In this document: piece after piece, positions 26,852 to 36,688 of the stretch
How the letters are laid out: every line of letters begins with the position of its first letter
How positions within the stretch are numbered: position 1 is the first letter of the stretch
Origin: a virus
Length of the DNA stretch: 64,000 bases
IMG/VR virus record: IMGVR_UViG_3300025407_001359
Reading direction: 5' to 3' (one strand)
Made by a program: the position numbers and the translations under genes
Notes under the pieces: generated by a model
What the model was told of the DNA's origin: nothing
Databases searched by the model: none
What the model saw: only the letters and a program-made list of their open reading frames with translations

Positions 26852-27586
26852 ATGAAGAAGTTAGCAATCGTAGTAGCAGTAGCAGGTTTATTGAGTGCCT
26901 GTGGTACAACCGGTCAATACTCAAAAAACGATGCTTATGCTAATCCGCAGACTGCTAGCAATATGAAGTCGGCTATTAGTGAAGCGCCGGAGTGGATGAG
27001 CAAGTTGCCTAAGAGTGCAAATGCTGTGTATGAAAATGGTACAGCTACCTCAGGTGACTTCGGTATGGCAGATCTCAAAGCTAAAACTATTGCCTACAGC
27101 AAAATTTGTACAGCCGCTGGCGGCAAGGTTCGTAGCCAGACCAAAGTGTTTATGAGTGACAACGGAACTACCAGCACTGAACAGAGCGAAACAGCTATCC
27201 GTAGCATCTGTGCAGACATTGACATTACCGGTGTAGAAACTGTAGAGATGAAACACGTGGCCGAAGGCAATCGTATTCGTACCTATGTGCTAGTTGCACT
27301 ACCAATGGGCGGTGCCAATGTGATGAAGTCCAGCAAAGAAACAATGCGTAACAGCAAAGAAGCATTCCGCGAACTGGATGAAATTACCGGCAACAAGCCG
27401 GTTGGTGAAAGCGAAGTTGCTCCGGTCGCTGTACAAAAAGGTCCCGAAGTCAGTGTAGTTCGTCCCGACGGTACCAGTGGTACTCTTAACCTAATGCCAG
27501 TAGAAAACGCTGAGTACAAAGCACGTCGCGAAGAAGCCCTTAAAAAGCCCGGTGCTGTGGTAGGACAAGTTACAATCAATAACTAA
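26852..27586 (+). CDS. Lipoprotein, LPP20-like
   Basis: Lipobox LSAC; PEWM...VYENGTATS...ADLKAK. Confidence 0.6.
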   Translation: MKKLAIVVAVAGLLSACGTTGQYSKNDAYANPQTASNMKSAISEAPEWMSKLPKSANAVYENGTATSGDFGMADLKAKTIAYSKICTAAGGKVRSQTKVFMSDNGTTSTEQSETAIRSICADIDITGVETVEMKHVAEGNRIRTYVLVALPMGGANVMKSSKETMRNSKEAFRELDEITGNKPVGESEVAPVAVQKGPEVSVVRPDGTSGTLNLMPVENAEYKARREEALKKPGAVVGQVTINN

Positions 27587-27661
27587 GCCGTTAATGATGT
27601 AATAAAGTAGTAATAATGCTCTCCTAGGGTATATTATAAATACCTTAGCGAGGGCATTTCT

Positions 27662-28150
27662 ATGGCAAGACCAAATCCCATTAGAGCAATTATGGAAGCT
27701 CCACTTCCGGGCATTACGTATCAACGTAGGCTACAGTTCCGTCCTAGCTACGAAGATATAAACTACGTATATAATATCTGCAATCGATACCTGTTTGACA
27801 ACCGATTACGCAAGCCGGTAATTACACAGGGCAGTCGACGCCAAACCTGGGGATTTTGTCAGTGGGAAGATGACTACGACGATACCGGTAGTTATTGTAC
27901 TATTAAGATTATGGACAAATGGTTTTGCCCACAGTGGTTTATACAAACTCTGGCCCACGAAATGGTGCACCAGTACCAATGGGACATACACCGCTTTGAA
28001 TATCACGGCGGTAAAATGAACAAACGCAGCGGCGCTCACGGCCCAGACTTCTTTATGTGGCGTGAACGCTTTGATTACTATGGCCTACACCTGAAACAAT
28101 GGTACGGACAAAAGCGTTGGTTCAAACACCAAGATTTCCGCAAGTGTTGA
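27662..28150 (+). CDS. SprT-like zinc metalloprotease
   Basis: TLAHEMVHQYQ plus downstream HGPDF; TATAAATA at 27635-27642. Confidence 0.8.
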   Translation: MARPNPIRAIMEAPLPGITYQRRLQFRPSYEDINYVYNICNRYLFDNRLRKPVITQGSRRQTWGFCQWEDDYDDTGSYCTIKIMDKWFCPQWFIQTLAHEMVHQYQWDIHRFEYHGGKMNKRSGAHGPDFFMWRERFDYYGLHLKQWYGQKRWFKHQDFRKC

Positions 28151-28203
28151 CATCTTAACACAAATCTAGTACACTACTACAAATAACCAATCAAAGAGGA
28201 ATT

Positions 28204-28794
28204 ATGCCTAATCTAGTACCTATTGTTCTCGAAAAAACCGCCAATGGCGAACGTTCATACGACATATACTCACGACTGTTAAAAGACCGCATTGTGATGC
28301 TGGATACCGAAGTAAACGAGCACACTTCTAGTCTACTGGTAGCACAGTTGTTATTTTTAGAAAGCGAAAATCCCGATGCAGACATCCTATTCTACATTAA
28401 TAGCCCCGGTGGTAGCGTTACAGCAGGTATGGCGATATACGATACACTACAGTTTATCAAGCCTGATGTCAGCACCATTGTGATGGGGCAGGCTTGCAGT
28501 ATGGGCAGTCTACTGAGTACAGCCGGAGCTGCAGGCAAACGATTCATACTGCCACACGCTCGTCATATGATTCACCAACCGTCGGGCGGGGCTCGTGGAC
28601 AAGCAACCGATATTCAGATCCAAGCACAAGAAATCTTGAAAATGAAACATTACTTGACCGAAATTTATGTCAAGCACAACTCTGCAGGCAAAACCTACGA
28701 CGAATTTGCAGCCGATATGGAACGAGACTTCTTTATGAATGCCGAAGAAGCAGTAGCATACGGTTTGGTAGACCGGATCATCACAAAACGGTAA
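28204..28794 (+). CDS. clpP: ATP-dependent Clp protease proteolytic subunit
   Basis: [28 protein letters not shown] (Ser), MIHQP (His), ERDFFM (Asp). Confidence 0.97.
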   Translation: MPNLVPIVLEKTANGERSYDIYSRLLKDRIVMLDTEVNEHTSSLLVAQLLFLESENPDADILFYINSPGGSVTAGMAIYDTLQFIKPDVSTIVMGQACSMGSLLSTAGAAGKRFILPHARHMIHQPSGGARGQATDIQIQAQEILKMKHYLTEIYVKHNSAGKTYDEFAADMERDFFMNAEEAVAYGLVDRIITKR

Positions 28795-28819
28795 AACGGT
28801 CACAAAAGTTTAATATAAT

Positions 28820-28851
28820 TTGTTGCATTGCGTGATAAATATCAGTATAAT
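28820..28851 (+). promoter_or_regulatory. sigma70 promoter with PhaR-like box and internal TAAATA
   Basis: TTGTTGCATTGCG; TTGCAT-N17-TATAAT; same layout as 24352. Confidence 0.5.
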
Positions 28852-28899
28852 CACTAATAGTACAAACACTAATGATTATACTCGAAAGGAAGTCACACA

Positions 28900-29064
28900 A
28901 TGACAACAATTATACAAAAACTTATCCAGTTTTTTAACTTCACAGGATCAGTAAGCTCTGATCTAGATTCTTACATTACCAGCAAGAATCCACAAAACGT
29001 AGCCGATGTTGAGCGCCTGACTGTTCAATACTTGAGCCGTGGCATCTGCGGGAGAACCGTATAA
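28900..29064 (+). CDS. DUF3563-like small protein (54 aa)
   Basis: Own translation MTTIIQKLIQFFNF...DSYITSKNPQNVADVERLTVQYLSRG...*. Confidence 0.5.
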   Translation: MTTIIQKLIQFFNFTGSVSSDLDSYITSKNPQNVADVERLTVQYLSRGICGRTV

Positions 29065-29246
29065 TGCTATTGCTAATTTCAAAAATCGCCGAATTCCTAA
29101 ACAAGTACGCAGGTAAAACTTGCCGTCACGACTCCTATCTAGGAGGCCTATGATGCGTAAACTTCTAGCAGAGATATACGAAGCAATTCGTTTGGTACAA
29201 GAAGTTCGTGCGGCAGCCATCAAACAAGGTCACTACTGGTACTAAA

Positions 29247-29801
29247 ATGATCATCACTGAATTTTTACCTTGCACTAAATTCAACAAATATGGTGATTGG
29301 CTAAAAAGTCAGAATGACGAAACCAAAGAGTTGTATTTTGGTACAGCCAGCAACGACAACATCATTGACAGTCTAATAGATCGTATCAGCTCCTCATCCA
29401 ACAATCACTATATTCTAGTGGCACGAAATCGCAAAAAATGGGTCGGCACCTTACACATTGCTGTCAGTGGCAAACAGGTAGAATTTGGTGTTATAGTTGC
29501 ACCCGAATATCGTGGCCAAGGCATTGCCAACATCATGTTGGAGCAGGCCTTGATTTGGGCACGTAATCGTGGTTACCGAGAACTGTTTATGCATTGCCTG
29601 GGATGGAACAAGCCAATTCAACACTTGTGCCAAAAACACGGGTTAAAACCCCGCAGTATGTACGGTGATAGCGAAGTGCAAATTGATTTGGATCCTGCCA
29701 GCTGGACCACAGTGGTCAAAGAAATGGGCATTCAGCAACGCAACATATTCCATACTTGGTTGCAAAACTACACCTGGATGTATCAAGAAATTTACGGCTA
29801 A
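29247..29801 (+). CDS. GNAT family N-acetyltransferase
   Basis: VEFGVIVAPEYRGQGIA acetyl-CoA motif; start MIITEF. Confidence 0.85.
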   Translation: MIITEFLPCTKFNKYGDWLKSQNDETKELYFGTASNDNIIDSLIDRISSSSNNHYILVARNRKKWVGTLHIAVSGKQVEFGVIVAPEYRGQGIANIMLEQALIWARNRGYRELFMHCLGWNKPIQHLCQKHGLKPRSMYGDSEVQIDLDPASWTTVVKEMGIQQRNIFHTWLQNYTWMYQEIYG

Positions 29802-29843
29802 CAGCTGATCCTTGTTAAATAATACACAAGGAGATTTTCAACT

Positions 29844-30677
29844 ATGAAAAAACTATTAGCAATTTTAACTTTTGCTGTTGCAGGCTTAACAGCAACAACA
29901 GCCAGTGCTTGGACACAGCGTCAGCCATTCCCGGTACAAAACTGTCAAGTACACGCACCTTACGGTTTTCCACAGTCAGCACGTCAGCTACAACCCTTAT
30001 GCCAACAGGCATATTTGGTAGGTTACGATGCAGCTGCCAAGTTACCTAACTATGTGATGTATGAGCTACTGCCACAGAACGCACTAGGCTGTGTGGCACG
30101 TACCAACGCATTTGCTGCCAACCAATTTGTACCTAACGGTGCTACCCCAGCTGACTATGCTGGTACCGGTTACGACAAAGGTCATATGGCACCAGACGGC
30201 GACTTAAGTTGGGATCCGCAAGTTGAGTACGAAAGTTTTTTAATGACAAATATGTCACCACAAGCCGGTTCTTTAAATCGCGGAATTTGGAAATTGTTGG
30301 AGACTTCTGTCCGCGGATGGTCAGTCCAGAGAAATCAGAGCTACACAGTTATTGCGGGCGGTTTGTATGGTCCTGGCGATAAAACCATTGGTAAAGGTGT
30401 AGTTGTACCACACGGTTTCTACAAAATTGTTATCAACAATCAAACCAAAGAATATGCAGGCTGGGGTTTTCCACACACAGCACCATATCCTAACTTGGGC
30501 AACGATTTGACCAAGTTCCGTGTTCCTGTTGCTACAATTATGCAGGACGCAGGTGTTAAGTTTGCATTGCCACAAGGCGGTGTTGAACTACAGCCCGGCA
30601 AAGAATGGCCAGTGGACTTTGGTGCATTGACCAATGCAAAACGTGCCAAGTGTGGCGCTAACGCTTCTACAGACTAA
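29844..30677 (+). CDS. Secreted DNA/RNA non-specific endonuclease (NucA-like)
   Basis: Signal peptide; DYAGTGYDKGHMAP, FLMTNMSPQ, LNRGIW. Confidence 0.92.
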   Translation: MKKLLAILTFAVAGLTATTASAWTQRQPFPVQNCQVHAPYGFPQSARQLQPLCQQAYLVGYDAAAKLPNYVMYELLPQNALGCVARTNAFAANQFVPNGATPADYAGTGYDKGHMAPDGDLSWDPQVEYESFLMTNMSPQAGSLNRGIWKLLETSVRGWSVQRNQSYTVIAGGLYGPGDKTIGKGVVVPHGFYKIVINNQTKEYAGWGFPHTAPYPNLGNDLTKFRVPVATIMQDAGVKFALPQGGVELQPGKEWPVDFGALTNAKRAKCGANASTD

Positions 30678-30700
30678 TCAACTAACCATTGATAAATACT

Positions 30701-30726
30701 AGGGTAAGGCAACTTACCCTATTTTT
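30701..30726 (+). terminator. Stable GCAA-tetraloop hairpin (terminator or 5' stabiliser)
   Basis: AGGGTAAG-GCAA-CTTACCCT-ATTTTT directly after TAAATA at 30693. Confidence 0.55.
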
Positions 30727-30737
30727 ATGAGTGCATA

Positions 30738-31193
30738 ATGCGATTTAGTGATTTCCAACAACCAAGAAAATTAATCCCAGGAAATATTCCACGAAAATAT
30801 TCTAGCGGTGGTTTTACTTTTAACTTTGATCCAGCCACAAAAGTTATTTCGGTTACCTATGGCGGCAAACGTATAGGTAAGTTCAATTATAAAGGTCTTG
30901 GTATAAACGATTATCAAAATGTTACCGACAGAATCATAAGACAATTTAGCCACTATCAACAAAAAAAGATAGATGCTATAAACGCAAAAAAACAACCATA
31001 TAACCATCCGATACAACCAAATTACACTGATCAAAATAGTTACAACATAGCTTTGCCCGGTGATATTCAAAGCCAGATATTTCAGCAACACGACGTAGAT
31101 ACAGCACAACATGGTGATGTTGATGTAGTAAATCCAGGCAAATGGAGTGCTATAAGAAAAAGACAAAAACAGCAAGATCAAAATGAGATATAA
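30738..31193 (+). CDS. Hypothetical AT-rich protein with MRFSDF N-terminus
   Basis: ORF track; visibly lower GC than neighbouring genes. Confidence 0.6.
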   Translation: MRFSDFQQPRKLIPGNIPRKYSSGGFTFNFDPATKVISVTYGGKRIGKFNYKGLGINDYQNVTDRIIRQFSHYQQKKIDAINAKKQPYNHPIQPNYTDQNSYNIALPGDIQSQIFQQHDVDTAQHGDVDVVNPGKWSAIRKRQKQQDQNEI

Positions 31194-33996
31194 ACAGCTA
31201 CTATCCGAACAACAGTTAGACGAAATTCGTATGAGTCCCGGCTCGTTACGAGCATTTGCTGCCAGCCCCGAAGCTCGAGGAATTATGGCCGGTTTTGAAG
31301 CTGAACTGGTATTTACAGGCCTAGGTGGCGAACCTGAATACGATCAAGATCCCGAACCTGACTACGATGCCGACGAGCGTTGCAGCAGTCTTGATCAGGT
31401 AGTAGAATTTTTCCAAAACGACGAATACGGCTGGGGATTGAGTGATCGTCAAGCTAATCGTTTACGTGAAGATCTAGATGAAAAATACTACGAGTGGTAT
31501 GATTCACAACTGTATGATTCCTGGCGCGACCAACGCGATGACCTGATCAAAGATGCCTGGTTAGAAGAAAAACCTTGGAGTGAGCGCATACACGCCGCCT
31601 TGGTTGATGGACTAGAACTTAGTGACGAACAAGCCGACGCTGTTCAAGCATTGCACGACCGTAGAGAAAAGGGCGAGATCAAAGGTTCAGAAATGAATGA
31701 TACCGAGCTAGAAATGATCAGCCAATACAGCGAAGCTCGTAGCATTGCCGAAGATATTTTAAACGACGATGTTGAACAGACCCTGGACAAAGAAGACGGC
31801 TTCTATGATGAAGTATTAGACCAATTTCGTAACGACTTTTACATTGACGATGACTCGGGTTTCTTCAGTGATGTAGGACTGCGCTGGCTGAGCGACGTGG
31901 CCAACGAATACGATTTGACGTGGCCGGTGGTCACTTACACCGGCAGTAGCAGCGAAGGCGGTTGGAGTGATGAAAATGCCGAACGCTTGGCTGACGACCT
32001 ACACGAACGCTTGGGTGTTAAGACCAAAGTGTCTGGTGGTTACCATTCGGCCACACGTGATGACAAGACTTGGATTTTTGAACCCGACTCCAGCTTGGAC
32101 GCAGACGAATCAGACAACTTGGCTATAGAAATTGTCAGCCCGCCAATGCCGTTAGAGACTTGCTTGCGTTTTATGGAAGACTTTTTTGAATGGGCCGAGG
32201 ACAACGGCGCTTACAGCAACAGCTCAACCGGTTTCCATATGGGCGTGAGCCTGCCACATCGTGGTGGTGATGTTGACTATGTTAAATTGGCCCTGTTCTT
32301 GGGCGACGAACACGTGTTACAGGAATTTGGTCGTGCCGGTAACAGTTTCTGCGAAGCCGCAATGAAAAAGATTCGCAATCGAGTCAAAGGCAACAAAGAA
32401 GCGGTAGGTAGCGCATTGACCTTGATGCGTAGTAATCTATTAGAGTTGGCACAAAAAGCTCTAGAGATCAACAATCACGGATTTGGCAAGTATACCAGTA
32501 TCAATCCCAAAGGCGGTACAGACAGTACACACCCACACAAGGAACGTGGTGCCAAGTACATTGAGTTTCGTAGTGCTGGTGGATCAAATTATTTTGAAGA
32601 CATTGACAAATTAAAAAATACCTTGTTGCGTTATGCCAAGGCCATGACTGTGGCTGCCAATCCGGCTGCTGAACGCAAAGAATACTACAAGAAGTTATAC
32701 AAACTTATTAGTCCACCCGACGGTGATGCCAGTTTGGATTTGTTTGCTAGATTTGCTACCGGCGCTATTTCAAAAGAAGATCTCAAGAAGCAATGGGCTG
32801 AGAAACAGTTAGATGATGAACCCAAGGGCGATTGGAAAGTATACGATGCCAACGGAAAATATATCATTGGACAGGACTATCACGGTTATACAAAATCTGA
32901 AGTATGGGAACGTGCTAAAAAGAAATTAAGTCCCGGCGGCAGTATGGAAGGTTTCCAAAAGGAATATCGAGTATTACCAATGAAGAGTACCACTGGTGAT
33001 TGGGAAGTATACAACAATGACACCGGCGAAACTTTAGAAATCTTACACGGCTACGCAACCAAGGGCGCGGCCGCCGACGCAGTATACGACAAGTATGTGA
33101 CCAACCAGGGCATTGCATTTAATTTACGTCCGGCCGATCCTGAAACTCCAGAGCCAGAATTAACTCCCAGAGCCAAGTTGGCCAAACGTATCAAAGCACC
33201 CAAACCCAATTGGAATGTGGTGTATCGTCCTACTGGTCGTGTGATCGATGAGCTGATTAATGTTTCAAAAGAAGAAGCTCAAAAACTCTTGCACCACGTG
33301 GCCACCTTGCACGACTTTGACAGTATAGATGATCTAGAGCTACATAACCAAGCAGATGTACCAAATTCCAATGACACAGATCCCGAGGATGAACCACACA
33401 AGTGGGAATTTTATCGTGCTGAAACAGGTGCAGTGATTGATACTGTAGACAATGCTTCCAAGAGTCAAGCCGAAATGGTGCGTAGAGATCTTGTGCGCAG
33501 ATACGGTCATCCAGATGACAGCGTTCGTATGCGTACCGTACCTACAGATGCAAGCCGTGAACGTTACGATAGTCGTCAAGAACACAACCCAGTGGTCAAT
33601 CAACCACCACAGCAATTTATAACACAACGTCCTGCCACTGGCGACTACTATGAAATACGTGGCGGTAGCGATAATAGAATCTATGGTTTCTTGCCAACCA
33701 TGCCAGGACAACCATCGCAGTTGCAGACTATAGTTACTGCTGCCAAACAATATGTGAATGACTTGACTGGTAGAGATGATGCGTATATACAATACCGTGC
33801 CGGAGATCCTGTGCAGGCTACAGCACCAAATGGTGTTCCGCTATGGCAAGTGTATGAACGTGACTCAGGACACGTGGTACACGCATTTGCCGATCACGAT
33901 CAACGTAGTGCCTGGTCTACAGCACAAACGTGGTTACGTGATCACGGTGCAGAAGATCCTAGCTTGTTTAGCTTACGTCCAATGATGAGTACATAA
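31183..33996 (+). CDS. Large protein with putative amidoligase (COOH-NH2 ligase type 2) domain and C-terminal repeats
   Basis: GFEAE, EPDSSL, EIVSPPM, STGFHMGVS, KYTSIN, IEFRSAGG; six W-x-V-Y...G repeats. Confidence 0.7.
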   Translation: MRYKQLLSEQQLDEIRMSPGSLRAFAASPEARGIMAGFEAELVFTGLGGEPEYDQDPEPDYDADERCSSLDQVVEFFQNDEYGWGLSDRQANRLREDLDEKYYEWYDSQLYDSWRDQRDDLIKDAWLEEKPWSERIHAALVDGLELSDEQADAVQALHDRREKGEIKGSEMNDTELEMISQYSEARSIAEDILNDDVEQTLDKEDGFYDEVLDQFRNDFYIDDDSGFFSDVGLRWLSDVANEYDLTWPVVTYTGSSSEGGWSDENAERLADDLHERLGVKTKVSGGYHSATRDDKTWIFEPDSSLDADESDNLAIEIVSPPMPLETCLRFMEDFFEWAEDNGAYSNSSTGFHMGVSLPHRGGDVDYVKLALFLGDEHVLQEFGRAGNSFCEAAMKKIRNRVKGNKEAVGSALTLMRSNLLELAQKALEINNHGFGKYTSINPKGGTDSTHPHKERGAKYIEFRSAGGSNYFEDIDKLKNTLLRYAKAMTVAANPAAERKEYYKKLYKLISPPDGDASLDLFARFATGAISKEDLKKQWAEKQLDDEPKGDWKVYDANGKYIIGQDYHGYTKSEVWERAKKKLSPGGSMEGFQKEYRVLPMKSTTGDWEVYNNDTGETLEILHGYATKGAAADAVYDKYVTNQGIAFNLRPADPETPEPELTPRAKLAKRIKAPKPNWNVVYRPTGRVIDELINVSKEEAQKLLHHVATLHDFDSIDDLELHNQADVPNSNDTDPEDEPHKWEFYRAETGAVIDTVDNASKSQAEMVRRDLVRRYGHPDDSVRMRTVPTDASRERYDSRQEHNPVVNQPPQQFITQRPATGDYYEIRGGSDNRIYGFLPTMPGQPSQLQTIVTAAKQYVNDLTGRDDAYIQYRAGDPVQATAPNGVPLWQVYERDSGHVVHAFADHDQRSAWSTAQTWLRDHGAEDPSLFSLRPMMST

Positions 33997-35516
33997 TGAG
34001 ATTCTTAGAATTTGCACCCAGTCCTGAACGTGACGACGATGAAATGCCCAACCAGCTGCTGATATTGGCCAATCGCTGGTGGAATGCCACAGATGAACAA
34101 CCGCAAATTGAGCACGTGTTAAACAGTCTTGGCTGGAGCATACATCAAGTCGAAAGTGAAGATGATGCTGTTCAACTACAGCATCGTGATGGTACTACTT
34201 ACTTTATTAGTGCTGACGAATTTGATCCAGACTTATTTGAAATCAGTGACGAGTTAAGACGTAATTACTTGCACCGTGCTGGTCAGCAGGTTGATCGTAG
34301 ACTTGACCGTATGGCACAAGCACGTGATCGTCTCGACAAGGGTTACGAAATCTATCACGCCGATCGTCCAGCTGGCGGCTCACAAATAGTAGATCGCTTT
34401 GAAGCAGATACTCCTGCTCTTGCAAGACGCTATTATGAACGGTTTATTCAAGATTATGATAGTGATGTAGACTTTGATCTACGCTTACGACGTGCTACTG
34501 GTATCCTAGAAACTTTGTTAGCTCTTGAATCCGGCGATTGGTTGCTAGCTGAATCATCTCAAGGTGTTGAAATTAAAAAAAGCAGTTTGTTTGATCAATC
34601 GCTAGTAACAAAAGCTCAATCGGCTCCGGGAATATCAGATAAAATAAAAGAATTTTTAAACTTTAGAATAAACAATCCTGGACGAGTAATAGGTAACGAC
34701 AAACCGTTTGCGTCAGCTGGTCCAATAGCACGTGCTTTACCAAAATTGCGTCATTATCATCTAACTAGAGATTTGAGTTTGTTTTATTCTATGGAAGGTC
34801 GTGCCCCTGCTGTTATCAAATTGTACGGAGTATTCAGTCATAGCGATAGCGGAACAGGTACACCGGGCAATATCAACAAACAAAAAAGTTTTGCACAGCA
34901 ATTGATTAATCAACCTGTAAATGAATTAACCTTGGTTCCTACAGTGGCCAAAAGCAAGCGTGAGCACTTAGACGTTATGCCTAACGATGGCCGACCTATC
35001 CCCAAAGGTGATGAAACCGAATACCTAGGTGACTTGGTAGCCGAGATGGGCAATGGATATCAACTATGGTCGTGGACCAGCCACGGTACTGTTACTTACT
35101 ATGTGTTTGATACGGCGACACGTCGTTGCCAACTGGGCACCACCGGTCGCCCGTACAAGACAAACCGTGACAGTTTTATCATACAAGGTGTTTATTCAGG
35201 TCCACGCAATCGTTATCGTGCTGCTGATCTATATGCTTTCCTTGTACTCAATCGTGGCTTAACCTTGGTATCAGATTACAAACAAAGTGCTGGTGGCTAT
35301 CGCGTGTGGCAAGAATTACAACGTCGCTATGGTCGTCGGATAAACATACACGGTTTTGATACACGCACCGATGAACCAGTAAATGTATCAGCTGATCCCG
35401 AAGATGAGCCCGATACACACGTGGATCGTGATGTAGTTAAACGTGCCGGTCCTGCTATGAAAAAGGAACTGGGTTCTATCAGTAGAGACCTACGTTTTGT
35501 GGCAAGTGCAAGATGA
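33996..35516 (+). CDS. Multidomain protein with RelE/YafQ-like and GNAT-like domains
   Basis: VEIKKSSLF...DKPF...LRHYHLTRDLSLFY...LYGVFSHSD; C-terminal AADLYAFL...LVSDYKQSAGGYRVWQEL. Confidence 0.55.
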   Translation: MRFLEFAPSPERDDDEMPNQLLILANRWWNATDEQPQIEHVLNSLGWSIHQVESEDDAVQLQHRDGTTYFISADEFDPDLFEISDELRRNYLHRAGQQVDRRLDRMAQARDRLDKGYEIYHADRPAGGSQIVDRFEADTPALARRYYERFIQDYDSDVDFDLRLRRATGILETLLALESGDWLLAESSQGVEIKKSSLFDQSLVTKAQSAPGISDKIKEFLNFRINNPGRVIGNDKPFASAGPIARALPKLRHYHLTRDLSLFYSMEGRAPAVIKLYGVFSHSDSGTGTPGNINKQKSFAQQLINQPVNELTLVPTVAKSKREHLDVMPNDGRPIPKGDETEYLGDLVAEMGNGYQLWSWTSHGTVTYYVFDTATRRCQLGTTGRPYKTNRDSFIIQGVYSGPRNRYRAADLYAFLVLNRGLTLVSDYKQSAGGYRVWQELQRRYGRRINIHGFDTRTDEPVNVSADPEDEPDTHVDRDVVKRAGPAMKKELGSISRDLRFVASAR

Positions 35517-35869
35517 GAGCTAAAGAATTTCAAACAGTTCCAGCTGAAAAAATCTTAGACTACGTGAAACGCACACAAGGTGACGGCCATTTTCATATGG
35601 ACCATCTGATTACCGATCACCCCAATTGGCGCCTGACCCAGATACCATTGAAAAAATTACGCATTCCTGGCACAGATTCAGAACAGGCGGATCCATACAA
35701 TCGCGTATTAGATACCAACATAGATTATGCTGACAGTCTAGATCCTGCGGATATTCGGCGTCGTCCTATTGTGGTAGATACCAATGGTGTTATAATAGAT
35801 GGCAATCATCGTGCCTATCAAGCACATCAATTGAAATGGCAGTCAATTCCTGCTTACGTACCTGCATAA
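35513..35869 (+). CDS. ParB/Srx-like N-terminal domain protein
   Basis: PIVVDTNGVIIDGNHRAYQA. Confidence 0.7.
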   Translation: MRAKEFQTVPAEKILDYVKRTQGDGHFHMDHLITDHPNWRLTQIPLKKLRIPGTDSEQADPYNRVLDTNIDYADSLDPADIRRRPIVVDTNGVIIDGNHRAYQAHQLKWQSIPAYVPA

Positions 35870-35872
35870 AAC

Positions 35873-35897
35873 AAAACCCGCACTAGGCGGGTTTTTC
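35873..35897. terminator. Bidirectional intrinsic terminator between convergent genes
   Basis: AAAACCCGC-ACTAG-GCGGGTTTT. Confidence 0.85.
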
Positions 35898-35924
35898 TTT
35901 GAAGTATTATTGTTTTTTTACAAA

Positions 35925-36542
35925 TTAAACCATTGCGTAAACAACTGTGCGTGTTACGCCTTTTTCTGCCAACTGTGGAACAAAGAACATATCCAAGTAA
36001 GGATTAGAACTTTGATCAGCAGCATTCAAATATTGGTGAGTAGCAATCACATTGGCACCGTTAATGACTAAGTCTGTCAATTTGCCATAGTGTTCATATG
36101 TTTCTAAACCAGCAACAAATGTGTCAATGTATGCATCAGTTGGGCTGGTAAATGTGTAAGTTGTTGTAACAGTATAAGGAGCATCAATACCAGCAACAGT
36201 TACAGCAGCTGCACGTTCAGCTGCAGTGGCATATGAAGTCAACGGAAAGCTGTTGGAAATTCTGTAGTCTTGGAATTCTTTAGCACCAGCAATGCCATAA
36301 GCAGTTTCTGCTGTGCTTAACGCATTTAAGTCTGGATAATTTACCACACGAGTTTGTGTCAAACCATCATCGCTGATTGTTTCTGTTACAGTGACACCAG
36401 CAGTTTTTAATGCCTGGCTGATGGATTGGAATTGTGGAAGTACAGATGCATCGCCCGAAGCAACTGCGGCACGACCTGCTACAGAATAAAAATCTACAGT
36501 AGTGTTTGGACGGCTTAATACGATAGTTTTGGTGATTGCCAT
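35925..36542 (-). CDS. Hypothetical late protein
   Basis: 205-aa ORF; TAAATA on minus strand at 36566-36571. Confidence 0.7.
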   Translation of the reverse strand: MAITKTIVLSRPNTTVDFYSVAGRAAVASGDASVLPQFQSISQALKTAGVTVTETISDDGLTQTRVVNYPDLNALSTAETAYGIAGAKEFQDYRISNSFPLTSYATAAERAAAVTVAGIDAPYTVTTTYTFTSPTDAYIDTFVAGLETYEHYGKLTDLVINGANVIATHQYLNAADQSSNPYLDMFFVPQLAEKGVTRTVVYAMV

Positions 36543-36622
36543 TTTAAAAAATCCTTATGATAATGTATTTATGCGTCAAGTCTAATAAGATAGTCTGTTG
36601 TTAAAAAACTACACTTATTTGG

Positions 36623-36651
36623 TTGACTCAAAATTTGAAATAATCTATAAT
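36623..36651 (+). promoter_or_regulatory. Early sigma70 promoter
   Basis: TTGACT-N17-TATAAT. Confidence 0.8.
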
Positions 36652-36688
36652 TGTATTTATCGTAAACATTAAAAGGCGTTAGAAAACT

